DNA from: Gemmatimonadales bacterium
GTDB taxonomy: Bacteria; Gemmatimonadota; Gemmatimonadetes; Gemmatimonadales; GWC2-71-9
Assembly: GCA_035279705.1 (NCBI GenBank)
Contig: DATEHG010000111.1
Location: 39,101 to 103,100, forward strand
Direction of reading: 5' to 3'
DNA length: 64,000 nucleotides
A program made the translations under genes and the position numbers. Every line of letters begins with the position of its first letter. The stretch's first letter is position 1. The notes beneath the pieces were generated by a model. It saw only the letters and a program-made list of their open reading frames with translations, was not told the DNA's origin and did no database searches. Below are positions 53,302-62,852 of the stretch, piece by piece.

Positions 53302-54215
53302 TGCCGCAGACCTCGCCGCTGGTGGCCTTCGGTACCGCGGATGATCCCACCGCGTCCCCGTGGACCAGCTCGGGCACTCTGACTGTGACGGGCGGTCAGA
53401 TCGATCCCTTTGGGGGAACCGGCGCCGTCCTCCTGACGGACACGAGCGCGGTCGCGATCTCTGGCCGTCGCCGCAATGTGACAGTGACCGGTACGACGCC
53501 GTTGATCATCGCATTCGTGCGGAACAACAACAGCGCCAAGTCCCGGCTGTTTCTGTTCGATAGCACCGCGTCGGTTCATCGCGGGCAGCTGGACATCAAC
53601 TGGTCCGGCGCCACGCTCACCAGTCTGGGCTCGGTCAGCGGCGCCGTTCCCGTGAGCGCGATCGCCGTGGGGGCTGGCTGGTACTTTGTCCGGTACTACG
53701 GCACCGGCGCCGTGCCGGGCAACACGCACTTCCTGCAGGCCGACCCCGCTTCGACCAACGTCGCGGCAACGGACTCCGCCTACTTCTACTTCCGTTCGGC
53801 CGTCATTTTCGACCAGCAGTTCGATGACGCGCTGGCCGACGAGCTCCCCCGCGCCGGTGCCGATTGGGGGCAGGCGCCCTCCGGAGTGGAGGATGCCTGG
53901 CTCTACGGACAGGACCAGGTGCTAAGCGGTACCCTCCGTCACATTCCGCCGGCTGACTCGGCTGGACCGCACTGCTCCGGGTGGTACGGCTCGGGCGACG
54001 ACACGATGATCAACGTCGGCGTCCAGGCCATGCTCCGCGCCGGCCGCGACAAGCAGTCTCTCCGCTGGGTGCCTGACCGCACCGTCTGCACCACCTACCA
54101 GGACAGCTATCTCGTCGAGCCGATGACGCAGCGCATCGGCCTCGAGGGCAACGGCTCGCCCAATCGCCGGATCCCGATCACGCTCCGCGGCTCGGCCGTG
54201 TTCGCGGGGTACTGA
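53301..54215 (+). CDS. Putative distal tail protein with lectin/CBM-like N-domain
   Basis: 304 aa (ATG at aa 22 of ORF 53238..54215). First gene after the tape measure. Confidence 0.5.
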   Translation: MPQTSPLVAFGTADDPTASPWTSSGTLTVTGGQIDPFGGTGAVLLTDTSAVAISGRRRNVTVTGTTPLIIAFVRNNNSAKSRLFLFDSTASVHRGQLDINWSGATLTSLGSVSGAVPVSAIAVGAGWYFVRYYGTGAVPGNTHFLQADPASTNVAATDSAYFYFRSAVIFDQQFDDALADELPRAGADWGQAPSGVEDAWLYGQDQVLSGTLRHIPPADSAGPHCSGWYGSGDDTMINVGVQAMLRAGRDKQSLRWVPDRTVCTTYQDSYLVEPMTQRIGLEGNGSPNRRIPITLRGSAVFAGY

Positions 54216-56995
54216 TGAACCTCGTCGGCGCGCGCATCGCCTATCGGGCCACGGTCTACGCCTCCCGCCAGGTGGATTTCGCGGAGAACACTGTGCTCAC
54301 GCCGGCGGCCGGCGCCGTGCACAGCGATCCCTTCAAGATCGCCACGCTGCCCGGGGTGAGCGGCTTCAAGCCCTACTTGGGTGTGCCCTCGATCAAGCGC
54401 GGCGAGATCGATCCGCTCACCACGCACACCACGATCGACCAGGGTTCCATCCAGGTCCTCGACGTCCGCACCAACGCCAACCGGACCAACCTCGAGCGGT
54501 GGTGCACCGCCTTCCTGGGCGACGTGGGTGGCTTCGACCAGCTCCTCGGCAACAAGGTCTACCTCGAGGAGTGCCTCGATCTCGTGGTCGATGCCCAGGG
54601 GAACTACGTCAGCGGGACCTTCAACCCGTTTTTCGTGGGACGGATCGAGGCCGAGTCGCTGGACTCGCCAGTCTGGATGGGCTTCCAGCTGATGGGGCTG
54701 GCGGCGGATCTCAATACCGATTGCTTTGCCACCCGGCCGTCGGCTTCGGTGAGCTACGCGGTCGAGCCGATCGTCCTGCCGGTGGGTCTGTCCGCCGCCT
54801 ACGCGGACCAGGTGGCCGCTTCACCGCTGACAGGCACCGTCGCCGCCGCCTCCTACAGCTCGACCCCCTACCGGATCCTCACGCTCGATAGTGCGAGCCA
54901 GGGCCGCGACGATAACCTCCTGACAGCGGCCCTCCTGCAGCAGTTCGCCGGCGCGATCCAGGCCATCGGCAACGGCACCACCCTGACGGCCGGTGTCGGG
55001 ATCCGCCTGCCGCCCGGCGCGCTGCGCTGCCGCTTCTCCTGCGCCTCGCCTGCGATCAGCAACAAAGAGCTGTCGGTCATGGCGCTGTTCTGCACCAAGC
55101 GCAGGGATGGGCACTACGCCGTCGCCAAGATCGGCGTGCAGGCCCTGACCAACCTGAAGACCGGGGGCGCGCTCACCGACGACCTGTACTACCAGGCCTT
55201 CGATACCGGCACCGTGGCGGATGGGACCAGCCTGACGGGGATCACGCTCCGGCTCATCACGATGCCGGACAGCCTGACCCCCTACCAGGTGCTGCCCCGC
55301 ACCAAGGGCGTCACGCTCACGCGGGAGGCGGCCGTCAGCGTGGAATCCGGTGGCGCCACCTACCTGATTGCCGAGACTCCGCTGATGACGTTCCTCGGGG
55401 ATCTCGTCGCCGGCAAGTTCTCGGCCCTCTTCCAGCCGGTTGAGCTGGGGGGCACGCTGCCCGCCTCGAGCGGCACGCCGCCCGTGGTCGGGGATCCGAA
55501 ATACCCCATCGCCTACGACACCTCGGGCGGCTCCAAGTGGGATGCCCTGGCCAACCCCTCTTCGGCGAAGGACGCGCTCCCCTCGGTCCGGATGATCATC
55601 CCCGAGAAGATGAAGCGGTTCGACTTCATCGAGAAACACCTGGGCCAGCCGTTCGGGATCGCCTACCGGTTCCGCGCCGCGCTGCAGGGCGGGATCCCGG
55701 TCAGCTTGTTCGAGCCGGTGGATCTCCGGATCCCGTCGGCCGCCGCCCTGGGCTCGCCGGTCACGATCACCGATGCCGATCTCGCGACCAGCCAGGCGCC
55801 GCAGTGGACCAAGACCCGGGACTCGGCCGTCAGCGACGTCCAGGTGGGCTGGTACACCGACACGATCTCGAACGCCACGACGCTGAGCCAGTCGAAGGAC
55901 ACGATCCCGGCCATCCAGCCGTCGCTGATCAACGCGGTCAAGAACGTCGATAACATCGCGATCAGCAGCACCGTGCGCCTCGGCTCGAAGCCGCTGGCGA
56001 TCGACGCGATCGGGATCCGCGGACTGACGAGCCCCACGGACACGGTGGAAGGCCGGGCCAGCGTGGCGAAAGCGCTCGCCCAGGCCAGCAAGGTGGCGCG
56101 GCGCTACCAGATCATGTTTGCCAACGGGCTGACGACGATCACCATTCGCGTCTTCCGCACGGCGAACACGAGCGCCCTGTACCAGGGCGACTGGTGCTAT
56201 CTCGGTGCCAGCATGATCCCGTCGCCCGGGACCAACAAGCGGGGCGAGACCCGGCTGTGCCTGGTCACGGGCCGCAGCGAGAGCGGGCTCTACATCGACC
56301 TCACACTGGTCGATGCTGGCAACGGCGCCGCCTGCAGCTCGCCCACGATCGGCACCCCGACCCAGACCGCCGGCAACACATCCCACGGAATCAGTGTCGC
56401 GATCACGCTGAACGCCTCGAGCGAGCCGGTCGAGGTCGAGGTGGCGATCAAGCCGACGTCCTACGGCACCACACCGCCCGGCAACAACGACACGGCCTGG
56501 CAATTCGGGGTGCTTGCGCGCACCAGCGCCACTTACCTGGTCGACAATCTCCCGAGCGGCACCAGGGCCTTCGTGCGGGCGCGGTCGCTGCCGCTCCCGC
56601 AGGCCACTCCCCTGCCCCTGAAGCTGCCCAGCGCCTGGGTCACGCCGAGCGGGACCAAGTACGTCGACACCGCGGCGCGCGCGCAGCCCGGCACGATCAC
56701 AATCACGCCCGGGACGATTCTCGCGACCTCGACCATCGTGGCCAGCTGGACCAACACCGAGGCGGATCTCCGGCTCACGGGCACCCTGGACGGCGTGGCG
56801 CTCGACATCCTGCAGCCTGGCACCCTGAGCCTCGACCTGACCGCGCTCTCGGTGCTCTCCAGCCACACCTACACCCTGCTCCTCTGGTACGTCGACGAGC
56901 TGGGCGGCGTGGGTCCCAGCCGGAGCCAGACCTACACCACCCCGGTGAGCTATACCGGTCCCGGCCTGTCGGCCCCGACGCTGGGGTTTGCCTGA
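54215..56995 (+). CDS. Large tail tip / host-specificity protein (Tal/J-like) with C-terminal Ig/FN3-like repeats
   Basis: 926 aa. The largest tail gene and the second after the tape measure. TGATG couplings on both sides. Confidence 0.62.
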   Translation: MNLVGARIAYRATVYASRQVDFAENTVLTPAAGAVHSDPFKIATLPGVSGFKPYLGVPSIKRGEIDPLTTHTTIDQGSIQVLDVRTNANRTNLERWCTAFLGDVGGFDQLLGNKVYLEECLDLVVDAQGNYVSGTFNPFFVGRIEAESLDSPVWMGFQLMGLAADLNTDCFATRPSASVSYAVEPIVLPVGLSAAYADQVAASPLTGTVAAASYSSTPYRILTLDSASQGRDDNLLTAALLQQFAGAIQAIGNGTTLTAGVGIRLPPGALRCRFSCASPAISNKELSVMALFCTKRRDGHYAVAKIGVQALTNLKTGGALTDDLYYQAFDTGTVADGTSLTGITLRLITMPDSLTPYQVLPRTKGVTLTREAAVSVESGGATYLIAETPLMTFLGDLVAGKFSALFQPVELGGTLPASSGTPPVVGDPKYPIAYDTSGGSKWDALANPSSAKDALPSVRMIIPEKMKRFDFIEKHLGQPFGIAYRFRAALQGGIPVSLFEPVDLRIPSAAALGSPVTITDADLATSQAPQWTKTRDSAVSDVQVGWYTDTISNATTLSQSKDTIPAIQPSLINAVKNVDNIAISSTVRLGSKPLAIDAIGIRGLTSPTDTVEGRASVAKALAQASKVARRYQIMFANGLTTITIRVFRTANTSALYQGDWCYLGASMIPSPGTNKRGETRLCLVTGRSESGLYIDLTLVDAGNGAACSSPTIGTPTQTAGNTSHGISVAITLNASSEPVEVEVAIKPTSYGTTPPGNNDTAWQFGVLARTSATYLVDNLPSGTRAFVRARSLPLPQATPLPLKLPSAWVTPSGTKYVDTAARAQPGTITITPGTILATSTIVASWTNTEADLRLTGTLDGVALDILQPGTLSLDLTALSVLSSHTYTLLLWYVDELGGVGPSRSQTYTTPVSYTGPGLSAPTLGFA

Positions 56996-57276
56996 TGGCG
57001 ATCACTCGCTATGGGCGCCGCCTCTCGGTCTCCGGTGTCGACGCCGGCGCAACGATCACGATCTATCGGTCGCTCACAGGCGGAGCGTCGTTTACGACCC
57101 AAGTGGCGATCTACAGCCGGACGAACATCGGCGCCGGCGTGCTCTACTACTTCGAGGATGTGCTGCCGAATGACGGTGTCACGCGGTACTGGCGCGCGAA
57201 GGAATCGCAGAGTCCGAAGGCGGATTCGGCCTACTCAGGCACCGTCTCCGGCGCACCCGAGAACCTGGACATCTGA
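56995..57276 (+). CDS. Small beta-sandwich (FN3-like) tail accessory protein
   Basis: 93 aa (MAITRYGRRLSVSGVDAGATITIYRSLTGGASFTTQVAIY...RYWRAKE). Confidence 0.45.
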   Translation: MAITRYGRRLSVSGVDAGATITIYRSLTGGASFTTQVAIYSRTNIGAGVLYYFEDVLPNDGVTRYWRAKESQSPKADSAYSGTVSGAPENLDI

Positions 57277-57278
57277 CC

Positions 57279-57527
57279 ATGCCCGATTGGATCCCGATCG
57301 TGCTCGCGGCGGTACTGGTGCCCCTGGTGGGTTGGGCGGTGGGCCTGCTGCTCCGGATCAAGGAGTTCATGGAGCGGCACGAGCACACGCTCTATGGCCC
57401 TGGCGGTCAGAACGGGCTCCGCGGTGATGTGCGCGAGCTGCGGGACAACCTGGGTGAGACGCGCGGGGAGCTGGGTGCGCTGACGGTGCGCGTCGACGGC
57501 CTCGAGCGGCGGGAGGAGCTGGCATGA
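57279..57527 (+). CDS. Single-TM protein with coiled-coil tail (holin or i-spanin-like)
   Basis: 82 aa. TM IPIVLAAVLVPLVGWAVGLLL, then a charged helical region. Confidence 0.45.
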   Translation: MPDWIPIVLAAVLVPLVGWAVGLLLRIKEFMERHEHTLYGPGGQNGLRGDVRELRDNLGETRGELGALTVRVDGLERREELA

Positions 57528-57784
57528 CCGAGCTCGAGCCCGACAGCAACCCTACGCCGGTCTACCAAGGCCTCGGGATCCTCCTGCTCCTCTGCAGCGT
57601 GGGCCTCACGGCCTACGCCTTCGTCGTCGGTCGAGCGATTGACCGCTGGACGACCGCAGTGATCGCGTTGCCGATCCTGACCACGCTCATCCTCTGGCGC
57701 CCGCGATGGGTCAAGTGGCTGATCGAGACGATCGCGGATCGTCTGCCCAACTGGATCACGAGCTACCGGAAGCCGGGCCCATGA
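57524..57784 (+). CDS. Two-TM small membrane protein (holin-like)
   Basis: 86 aa. LGILLLLCSVGLTAYAFVV and AVIALPILTTLILW. Confidence 0.45.
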   Translation: MTELEPDSNPTPVYQGLGILLLLCSVGLTAYAFVVGRAIDRWTTAVIALPILTTLILWRPRWVKWLIETIADRLPNWITSYRKPGP

Positions 57785-58191
57785 GCGCGCTCGCCCTGCT
57801 CCGCACCGAGCAGAACGTCGGGACGTTCGGGCGGTTCGTCATCCCGGATGGGTCGACGCTGTACTCGCTCGAGCTGCCCTGGAAGAACAACGCGCCGCAG
57901 GTCAGCTGCATCCCGGCCGGCCACTACGACCTGCAGCGGCGCTACTCGAACAGCCACCACTGCGAGGTCTTCGAGATCATGGCCGTGCCGGACCGCACGG
58001 ACGTCGAGATCCACTGGGGCAACTGGATCAAGGACACGCTCGGCTGCGTGCTGGTCGGTCTCGGCCGGAAGAACGACATGATCACCGATAGCAAGGCCGC
58101 GTTCGATCGCTTCATGGCTGCGATGGCCGGCGTGACGCGCGCGGAGATCGACATCACCTGGGTGCCGGGCCTGCCGGCGCTCATCACCTGA
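57781..58191 (+). CDS. DUF5675-like protein with IHWGN...DTLGC motif (candidate cell-wall enzyme / endolysin)
   Basis: 136 aa (ATG at aa 26 of ORF 57706..58191). GTFGRFVIPDGSTLYSLELPWKNN...SCIPAGHYDL...EIHWGNWIKDTLGCVLVG, a His...Gly-Cys arrangement reminiscent of the L,D-transpeptidase-fold family as I recall it. Confidence 0.5.
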   Translation: MSALALLRTEQNVGTFGRFVIPDGSTLYSLELPWKNNAPQVSCIPAGHYDLQRRYSNSHHCEVFEIMAVPDRTDVEIHWGNWIKDTLGCVLVGLGRKNDMITDSKAAFDRFMAAMAGVTRAEIDITWVPGLPALIT

Positions 58192-58202
58192 AGGAGGGTC
58201 GC

Positions 58203-58541
58203 ATGGAAGGGACGAAGCTCGCCTACTACCTCGGCGTCATCGGCGCCGTGCTGTTCAACCTCGCGGGCGCCTCGCTCGGCCTGTCCGCGGCGCTGGTCAC
58301 CTGGATCGGCTTCGCCGCCGGCATGACCACGGGGCTCGGCTCCGCGCTGACCAGCGGCATCAACCCGACCAGCCACAAGATCGCCTGGCTCACGGTCATC
58401 GCTCAGGTGCTCACCGTCCTGGTGGGCTATGCCGGCCTCGTCGGGCCGACCGTGACCCACATCGCCCAGGCTGTCCTGATCGTGCTGGCCACCGCCACCG
58501 CGATCGGTCACCCGGCGCCGGTCAACCCGGCGACGCGCTGA
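58203..58541 (+). CDS. Multi-TM small membrane protein (holin-like)
   Basis: 112 aa. 3-4 hydrophobic helices. Confidence 0.5.
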   Translation: MEGTKLAYYLGVIGAVLFNLAGASLGLSAALVTWIGFAAGMTTGLGSALTSGINPTSHKIAWLTVIAQVLTVLVGYAGLVGPTVTHIAQAVLIVLATATAIGHPAPVNPATR

Positions 58542-59365
58542 TGCGCCGCCTCGCGCTGACCGGCGTCTTCCGGCCGCTCACCTGGTTGCTCGCCCTGATC
58601 GCGATCGCGCTGCCGGCCTGCGGGCCGCGTGGCGCGACGCCGGCGTTCGCCGAGGTGGATCCGCCGCGGCTCAATGCCGCCGGCGACTCGGTCTACCTCA
58701 CCGCGCGCTTCACCGCCGGGCCCGTCACCGATGGCCAGGGGCCGCCGAGCGGCTTCCGGCTGCAGGCCGTGCGCCTGGCGCCGACGCCCAGCCTGACCGT
58801 GCTCCAGGATCTGCCGGCGAACGCGACCAGTGGGACGATCGCGGTGCCGGTGGCCCTCACGCCGGGTGGCACCGCGAGCGGCACGATCTGCGTGATGGCG
58901 CTGCGCGCGGCCGTGGCCAGCAGCTGCGCGCCGAACCCGGCCCTGACGTGGTCCAAGACCTGGCCCGTGCTGCCGCCCAGCCCGCCCGCGAACGTGACGC
59001 TCGATCCGGTGACGATCTCGATGACGCCGGCGAGCGATACGGTGGGGATCCTCTTCGCCCTGAGTCGATCGGACTTCCTCAAGGCGCTCCAGGCGCCGGG
59101 CTGCGCCGGAGGGAACCAGGCCCTCTGTGCGGTCTCCCTGGCCGCCGCCTTTCCGGGCGGCAGCCGGGGCGTCCTGCAGGCGGGCTGCGGCTGGATGATC
59201 ACCGGGACGCCGCGGGCCTACATGGCGTTCCAGGAGCCACCGACCGAGCGCGCCGCGAGCCGCTGGATGGATTGCCAGGGCCTCGGCCAGCAGATCGGCT
59301 TCGCCGGCTCCGTCGACACGGCGATCGCGCACGTGGCGTTCGCCTTCGCCCGGGCCTCGCCGTAG
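58541..59365 (+). CDS. Prophage-encoded lipoprotein, Cys-rich (274 aa)
   Basis: The signal ...LLALIAIALPAC has a lipobox (L-P-A-C). Multiple additional cysteines. Confidence 0.62.
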   Translation: MRRLALTGVFRPLTWLLALIAIALPACGPRGATPAFAEVDPPRLNAAGDSVYLTARFTAGPVTDGQGPPSGFRLQAVRLAPTPSLTVLQDLPANATSGTIAVPVALTPGGTASGTICVMALRAAVASSCAPNPALTWSKTWPVLPPSPPANVTLDPVTISMTPASDTVGILFALSRSDFLKALQAPGCAGGNQALCAVSLAAAFPGGSRGVLQAGCGWMITGTPRAYMAFQEPPTERAASRWMDCQGLGQQIGFAGSVDTAIAHVAFAFARASP

Positions 59366-59569
59366 ATGCACGCGCTCGCGATCGCTGAGAGCCTGAAGGC
59401 GCCCCGGTGGGTGCCGGCGGATCCGCGGCCTGATGCCACGGACGAGGCGATCGCGCGCGCCATTGACCGCTTCCCGAAGCTCTGGGAGCAGTACCAGGAC
59501 AACCCCGCGTTTGTGCCGCCCGCCGGCTGGACGCCGCCGGCAACCCTCAACGGAGTACCCCGCCCATGA
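59366..59569 (+). CDS. Phage hypothetical protein (67 aa)
   Basis: ATG directly after the upstream TAG. ATGA overlap downstream. Confidence 0.45.
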   Translation: MHALAIAESLKAPRWVPADPRPDATDEAIARAIDRFPKLWEQYQDNPAFVPPAGWTPPATLNGVPRP

Positions 59570-59784
59570 AGGCCACCATCTGGACCGTCCGCGAGCACTA
59601 TGCGGACTTCAAGGACCCCGCCACCGGCGTGCCGTTCACCGCCGGGATGCGGGTGCTGCAGACCGACGAGCGGGGTGGGCCGACGACCTCGCTCTTCCGC
59701 GCCAGCGCGACGGTCACCGACCCCGCCCAGATCGAGGCCTTCCGGCAGCGGCCGGAAGAATTCGACGTGCTCGAGGAGGGCTGA
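59566..59784 (+). CDS. Phage hypothetical protein (72 aa)
   Basis: Coupled ORF with balanced composition. Confidence 0.5.
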   Translation: MKATIWTVREHYADFKDPATGVPFTAGMRVLQTDERGGPTTSLFRASATVTDPAQIEAFRQRPEEFDVLEEG

Positions 59785-59787
59785 GCC

Positions 59788-60234
59788 ATGGCCACCATCG
59801 CCCCTGCCGCCCTCGAGGCCACGCGCCTCGAGGAGCTCACGCCCGCCGATCTGCCGGACGTCGCGGCGTATCTCCACCAGACCTACGGCGAGCTGCCCGG
59901 CCTGGCGCAGTACCGCCAGTGGATCGGCGCCCTCCGGCAGGAATGCTTCGAGCGCCGGGCCGCGGCGATGGATCCCCAGGGCCAGCTCGCCGCCTGGACC
60001 AAGGCCATGACGCGCCAGTTCGGCCCGCGCGTCCGCGTGCACGGCTTCGACTACAGCTGGCCGGCCGCGCTCGGCGTGGTGCGCTATGGCGAGGCGCCGG
60101 ACCACTGGGACCGGATGCTCGGCACCGAGGCGCCGCGCTTCACCGCGGAGGACCTGCGCCGCGCGGATCGCTGGCGTCGCGAAGGCAAGCCCCCCGAGGG
60201 GGTGCAGTACCTCACGCCCGGCCAGGAGAACTGA
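59788..60234 (+). CDS. Phage hypothetical protein (148 aa)
   Basis: ATG 3 nt after the previous stop, preceded by GAGGAGGG. Confidence 0.5.
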   Translation: MATIAPAALEATRLEELTPADLPDVAAYLHQTYGELPGLAQYRQWIGALRQECFERRAAAMDPQGQLAAWTKAMTRQFGPRVRVHGFDYSWPAALGVVRYGEAPDHWDRMLGTEAPRFTAEDLRRADRWRREGKPPEGVQYLTPGQEN

Positions 60235-60237
60235 GCC

Positions 60238-60678
60238 ATGTCCGCGATGTCCGATGCCCTCGAGAACAGTCTCATCGACTTTCTCTTCCGGGCCCAGAGC
60301 TTCACCCCGCCGGCGACGTACTACGCCGCGCTCTACACCGCGGCCCCCGGCGAAACTGGCGGCGGCACAGAGGTCACCGGCGGCAGCTATGCCCGCGTCG
60401 GCATCACCGGGTCGCTCAGCGCCTGGGCGGGCACCCAGAGCGCCGGCTCGACCAGCGCCTCCAACGGGACCAGCGGCACCACCAGCAACAACGGCGCGAT
60501 CACCTTCGCCGCCCCGACCGCCAACTGGGGCGTGGTCCAGGCCGTGGGCCTGCTGACGGCGCTCACGGTGGGCACGCTGCACTGGTATGGCTCGCTCACC
60601 GTGAGCAAGACCATCAACAACGGCGATGCCGCGCCGAGCTTTGCCGCGGCCGCGCTCTCCATCCAGATCGACAACTAG
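60238..60678 (+). CDS. Conserved phage protein of unknown function (146 aa)
   Basis: LENSLIDFLFR...YYAALYTAAPGETGGGTEVTGGSYARV...ITFAAPTANWGVVQAVGLL...GDAAPSFAAAALSIQID matches a recurrent phage/prophage family as I recall it. Function unknown. Confidence 0.55.
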   Translation: MSAMSDALENSLIDFLFRAQSFTPPATYYAALYTAAPGETGGGTEVTGGSYARVGITGSLSAWAGTQSAGSTSASNGTSGTTSNNGAITFAAPTANWGVVQAVGLLTALTVGTLHWYGSLTVSKTINNGDAAPSFAAAALSIQIDN

Positions 60679-60689
60679 GAGCCCCGACC

Positions 60690-61148
60690 ATGTCTGACAG
60701 CTATTCCTACGGCACCGGCGGCGTGAGCGTGAGCTCCTCCCAGACCGGCAAGGGCATCGTGGGGATCTCGACGCCCTCCACGGTGCGGGCGCGCGTCGCG
60801 CGCTGGCGCTTCGAGACCGACGCCGGCGCGAGCGGTGATGCGCCGGTGCTCGGCCGCCTCATGCGGACCTCGGCCGCGGGCACGGCGACGAGCCGCACGG
60901 CGCAGAAGTCCGACGACCCCGCGGCGCCCACCGCGCTCGTCACGCCCAAGGACACCTACACGGTAGATCCCACCCTGGGCGACGAGATCGATCACGTCTA
61001 CCTGCCCACCACCGGCGGCGGTGTGTACGACTACACCTTCCCCGATGGCCGGCAGCCGCTGGTCCCGGTCTCGCAGGACGTGGTGATCGTCGCGGATACC
61101 GGCGGCCAGGCCCGGGTGCTCCGCGGCCGCATCTGGTGGGCGGAGTAG
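60690..61148 (+). CDS. Phage hypothetical protein (152 aa)
   Basis: ATG preceded by AGGAG at -13. In frame with the C-terminus of ORF 59433..61148, whose upstream part is junk. Confidence 0.55.
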   Translation: MSDSYSYGTGGVSVSSSQTGKGIVGISTPSTVRARVARWRFETDAGASGDAPVLGRLMRTSAAGTATSRTAQKSDDPAAPTALVTPKDTYTVDPTLGDEIDHVYLPTTGGGVYDYTFPDGRQPLVPVSQDVVIVADTGGQARVLRGRIWWAE

Positions 61149-61160
61149 TCGGCCCACCCG

Positions 61161-62852
61161 ATGCTCCGCACGACGCTCCGGCCGCACCAGCTGCGGCCCG
61201 TGTCCGTCACGTCCGACTATTACCAGTCGGACTTTCCGGGCACGGAAAACCCCGTCAGCGAGGGCGGCCGGTGGCTCGGCGGCTTCACTACCGGTAAGGC
61301 CTGGTCGGATTGCCAGACGGTCCCGGGGCAGATCTACGGGCGGCAGCAGCTCGACTGGGCCCGGAGCTATAGCGACGGCTCGGCCTACCTCACGGGCACC
61401 TGGTCTCCCGACCAGACGGTCACGGCTGTCGTCTACCAGAATGCCACGGTGCCGGCGGAGAACTGGTTCGAGGAGTCCGAGATCCGGCTCCGCGGCACTC
61501 TTACCGCCAATTCCCTCACCAGCTACGAGATCTCCTGGAAGATGCGGGGGGCCACCCCGTCGTCGGCCTACCTGATTCTGGTGCGCTGGAATGGTCCCTG
61601 GGGGAACTTCACCTACCTAAGCAACGTCAACTTCATCGGCGGGAACGGGAACGGTTCGCAGTACGCGCTGGTGGATGGGGACGTGGTCACGGGCACGGTC
61701 ATCGGCAACACGATCTATGCCTGGAAGAACGGGGTGCTCCAGGCCACCGCGCTGATCACCGATACGCCGGGCGCGGTCTTTTCGGGTGGAGCGCCCGGCA
61801 TCGGCTTCAACCTCGAGGCGGCCGGCGCCGGTCATAATGCCGATTACGGCTTCCGCTCGATCGAGGCCATGGGCAGCAGCGTCTGGACGGAACTGGCCCC
61901 GATGAATCTCGTGGCCAAGGGCGGCAGCGGCGTCAACATCCTGACGAACTCGTTCGCCAGCTACTCCCTGCCGCTGGACGACACCCACAACCAGGGCGAG
62001 ACCCCGGGTCGAGTGCAGACGGCCGGGACGGCGCCCGGCGGTGGCCCTTACAGCAGCGATCCGGCTGTCTGGCCTTCGGCCTCGCTGGATGTGGGCTTCG
62101 GCGGGGTGGGTAAGTCGCTTCGCATCAACTGCACCAAGGGCGTCGAGGGCGCGCCGCCGCCGCCGAACAATCCGCAGCAGTCGTGGAGCGTCAACTCGAT
62201 CACCTCGGGTTCGATCCCTTGGCCGGCCGCGGGCCGGACGATCGTCATCGAGTTCCGGTTCAAGACCAATCCGGGCGGCGGTCCGAACAGCAACGGCATG
62301 AAGTGGTGCGAGGCGTGGTTCAGCTCGGGCACCCCGCAGCGGATCCAGTTCGCGCCCAGCGGGGGCAACGGCACCACGGGCCCGCTCTGGAGCGTGGTGC
62401 TCGGCAACAACCCGGGCGGCACCGTCAACCGGACCGTGCAGCCGCGGGGGCCCTACTGGAAGCAGGTCAACGACGGGCTCGTCCGCACCTGCAAGATGCT
62501 CTATCGCCCGAACACCTCCTCGAGCTACAGCCACACCCCGGGCAGTGGCTCCACCAGCGCCACCGAACTGTACACGGGCACGAGCTCCCGCGATGGGCGC
62601 GTCGCGATCTTCATGGACGACCAGAAGATCCTCGACTACCAGCAGGCGCTGGTGGATGTGACGCCGGCAGGTGGCACGGGAGTGTGGTGCAAGCAGTGTG
62701 ACGTGGACATGATCCCCGGCGTGGGGGGCAGCAACATCGCCGGCGCGGTGAATGCCCTGAAGGGATTCCTCGAGCACGTCAACGGGGCCGACAACGACTG
62801 GTCGATCTGGTACCAGGATCTGTACATCTACCAGGTCAACGGAGCGTTCTGA
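61161..62852 (+). CDS. Large beta-rich protein with two lectin/LamG-like halves (candidate receptor-binding or glycan-acting protein)
   Basis: 563 aa. G/T/S/N/W-rich beta composition and W/Y-rich motifs in both halves. Fold assignment is by composition and pattern only. Confidence 0.5.
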   Translation: MLRTTLRPHQLRPVSVTSDYYQSDFPGTENPVSEGGRWLGGFTTGKAWSDCQTVPGQIYGRQQLDWARSYSDGSAYLTGTWSPDQTVTAVVYQNATVPAENWFEESEIRLRGTLTANSLTSYEISWKMRGATPSSAYLILVRWNGPWGNFTYLSNVNFIGGNGNGSQYALVDGDVVTGTVIGNTIYAWKNGVLQATALITDTPGAVFSGGAPGIGFNLEAAGAGHNADYGFRSIEAMGSSVWTELAPMNLVAKGGSGVNILTNSFASYSLPLDDTHNQGETPGRVQTAGTAPGGGPYSSDPAVWPSASLDVGFGGVGKSLRINCTKGVEGAPPPPNNPQQSWSVNSITSGSIPWPAAGRTIVIEFRFKTNPGGGPNSNGMKWCEAWFSSGTPQRIQFAPSGGNGTTGPLWSVVLGNNPGGTVNRTVQPRGPYWKQVNDGLVRTCKMLYRPNTSSSYSHTPGSGSTSATELYTGTSSRDGRVAIFMDDQKILDYQQALVDVTPAGGTGVWCKQCDVDMIPGVGGSNIAGAVNALKGFLEHVNGADNDWSIWYQDLYIYQVNGAF

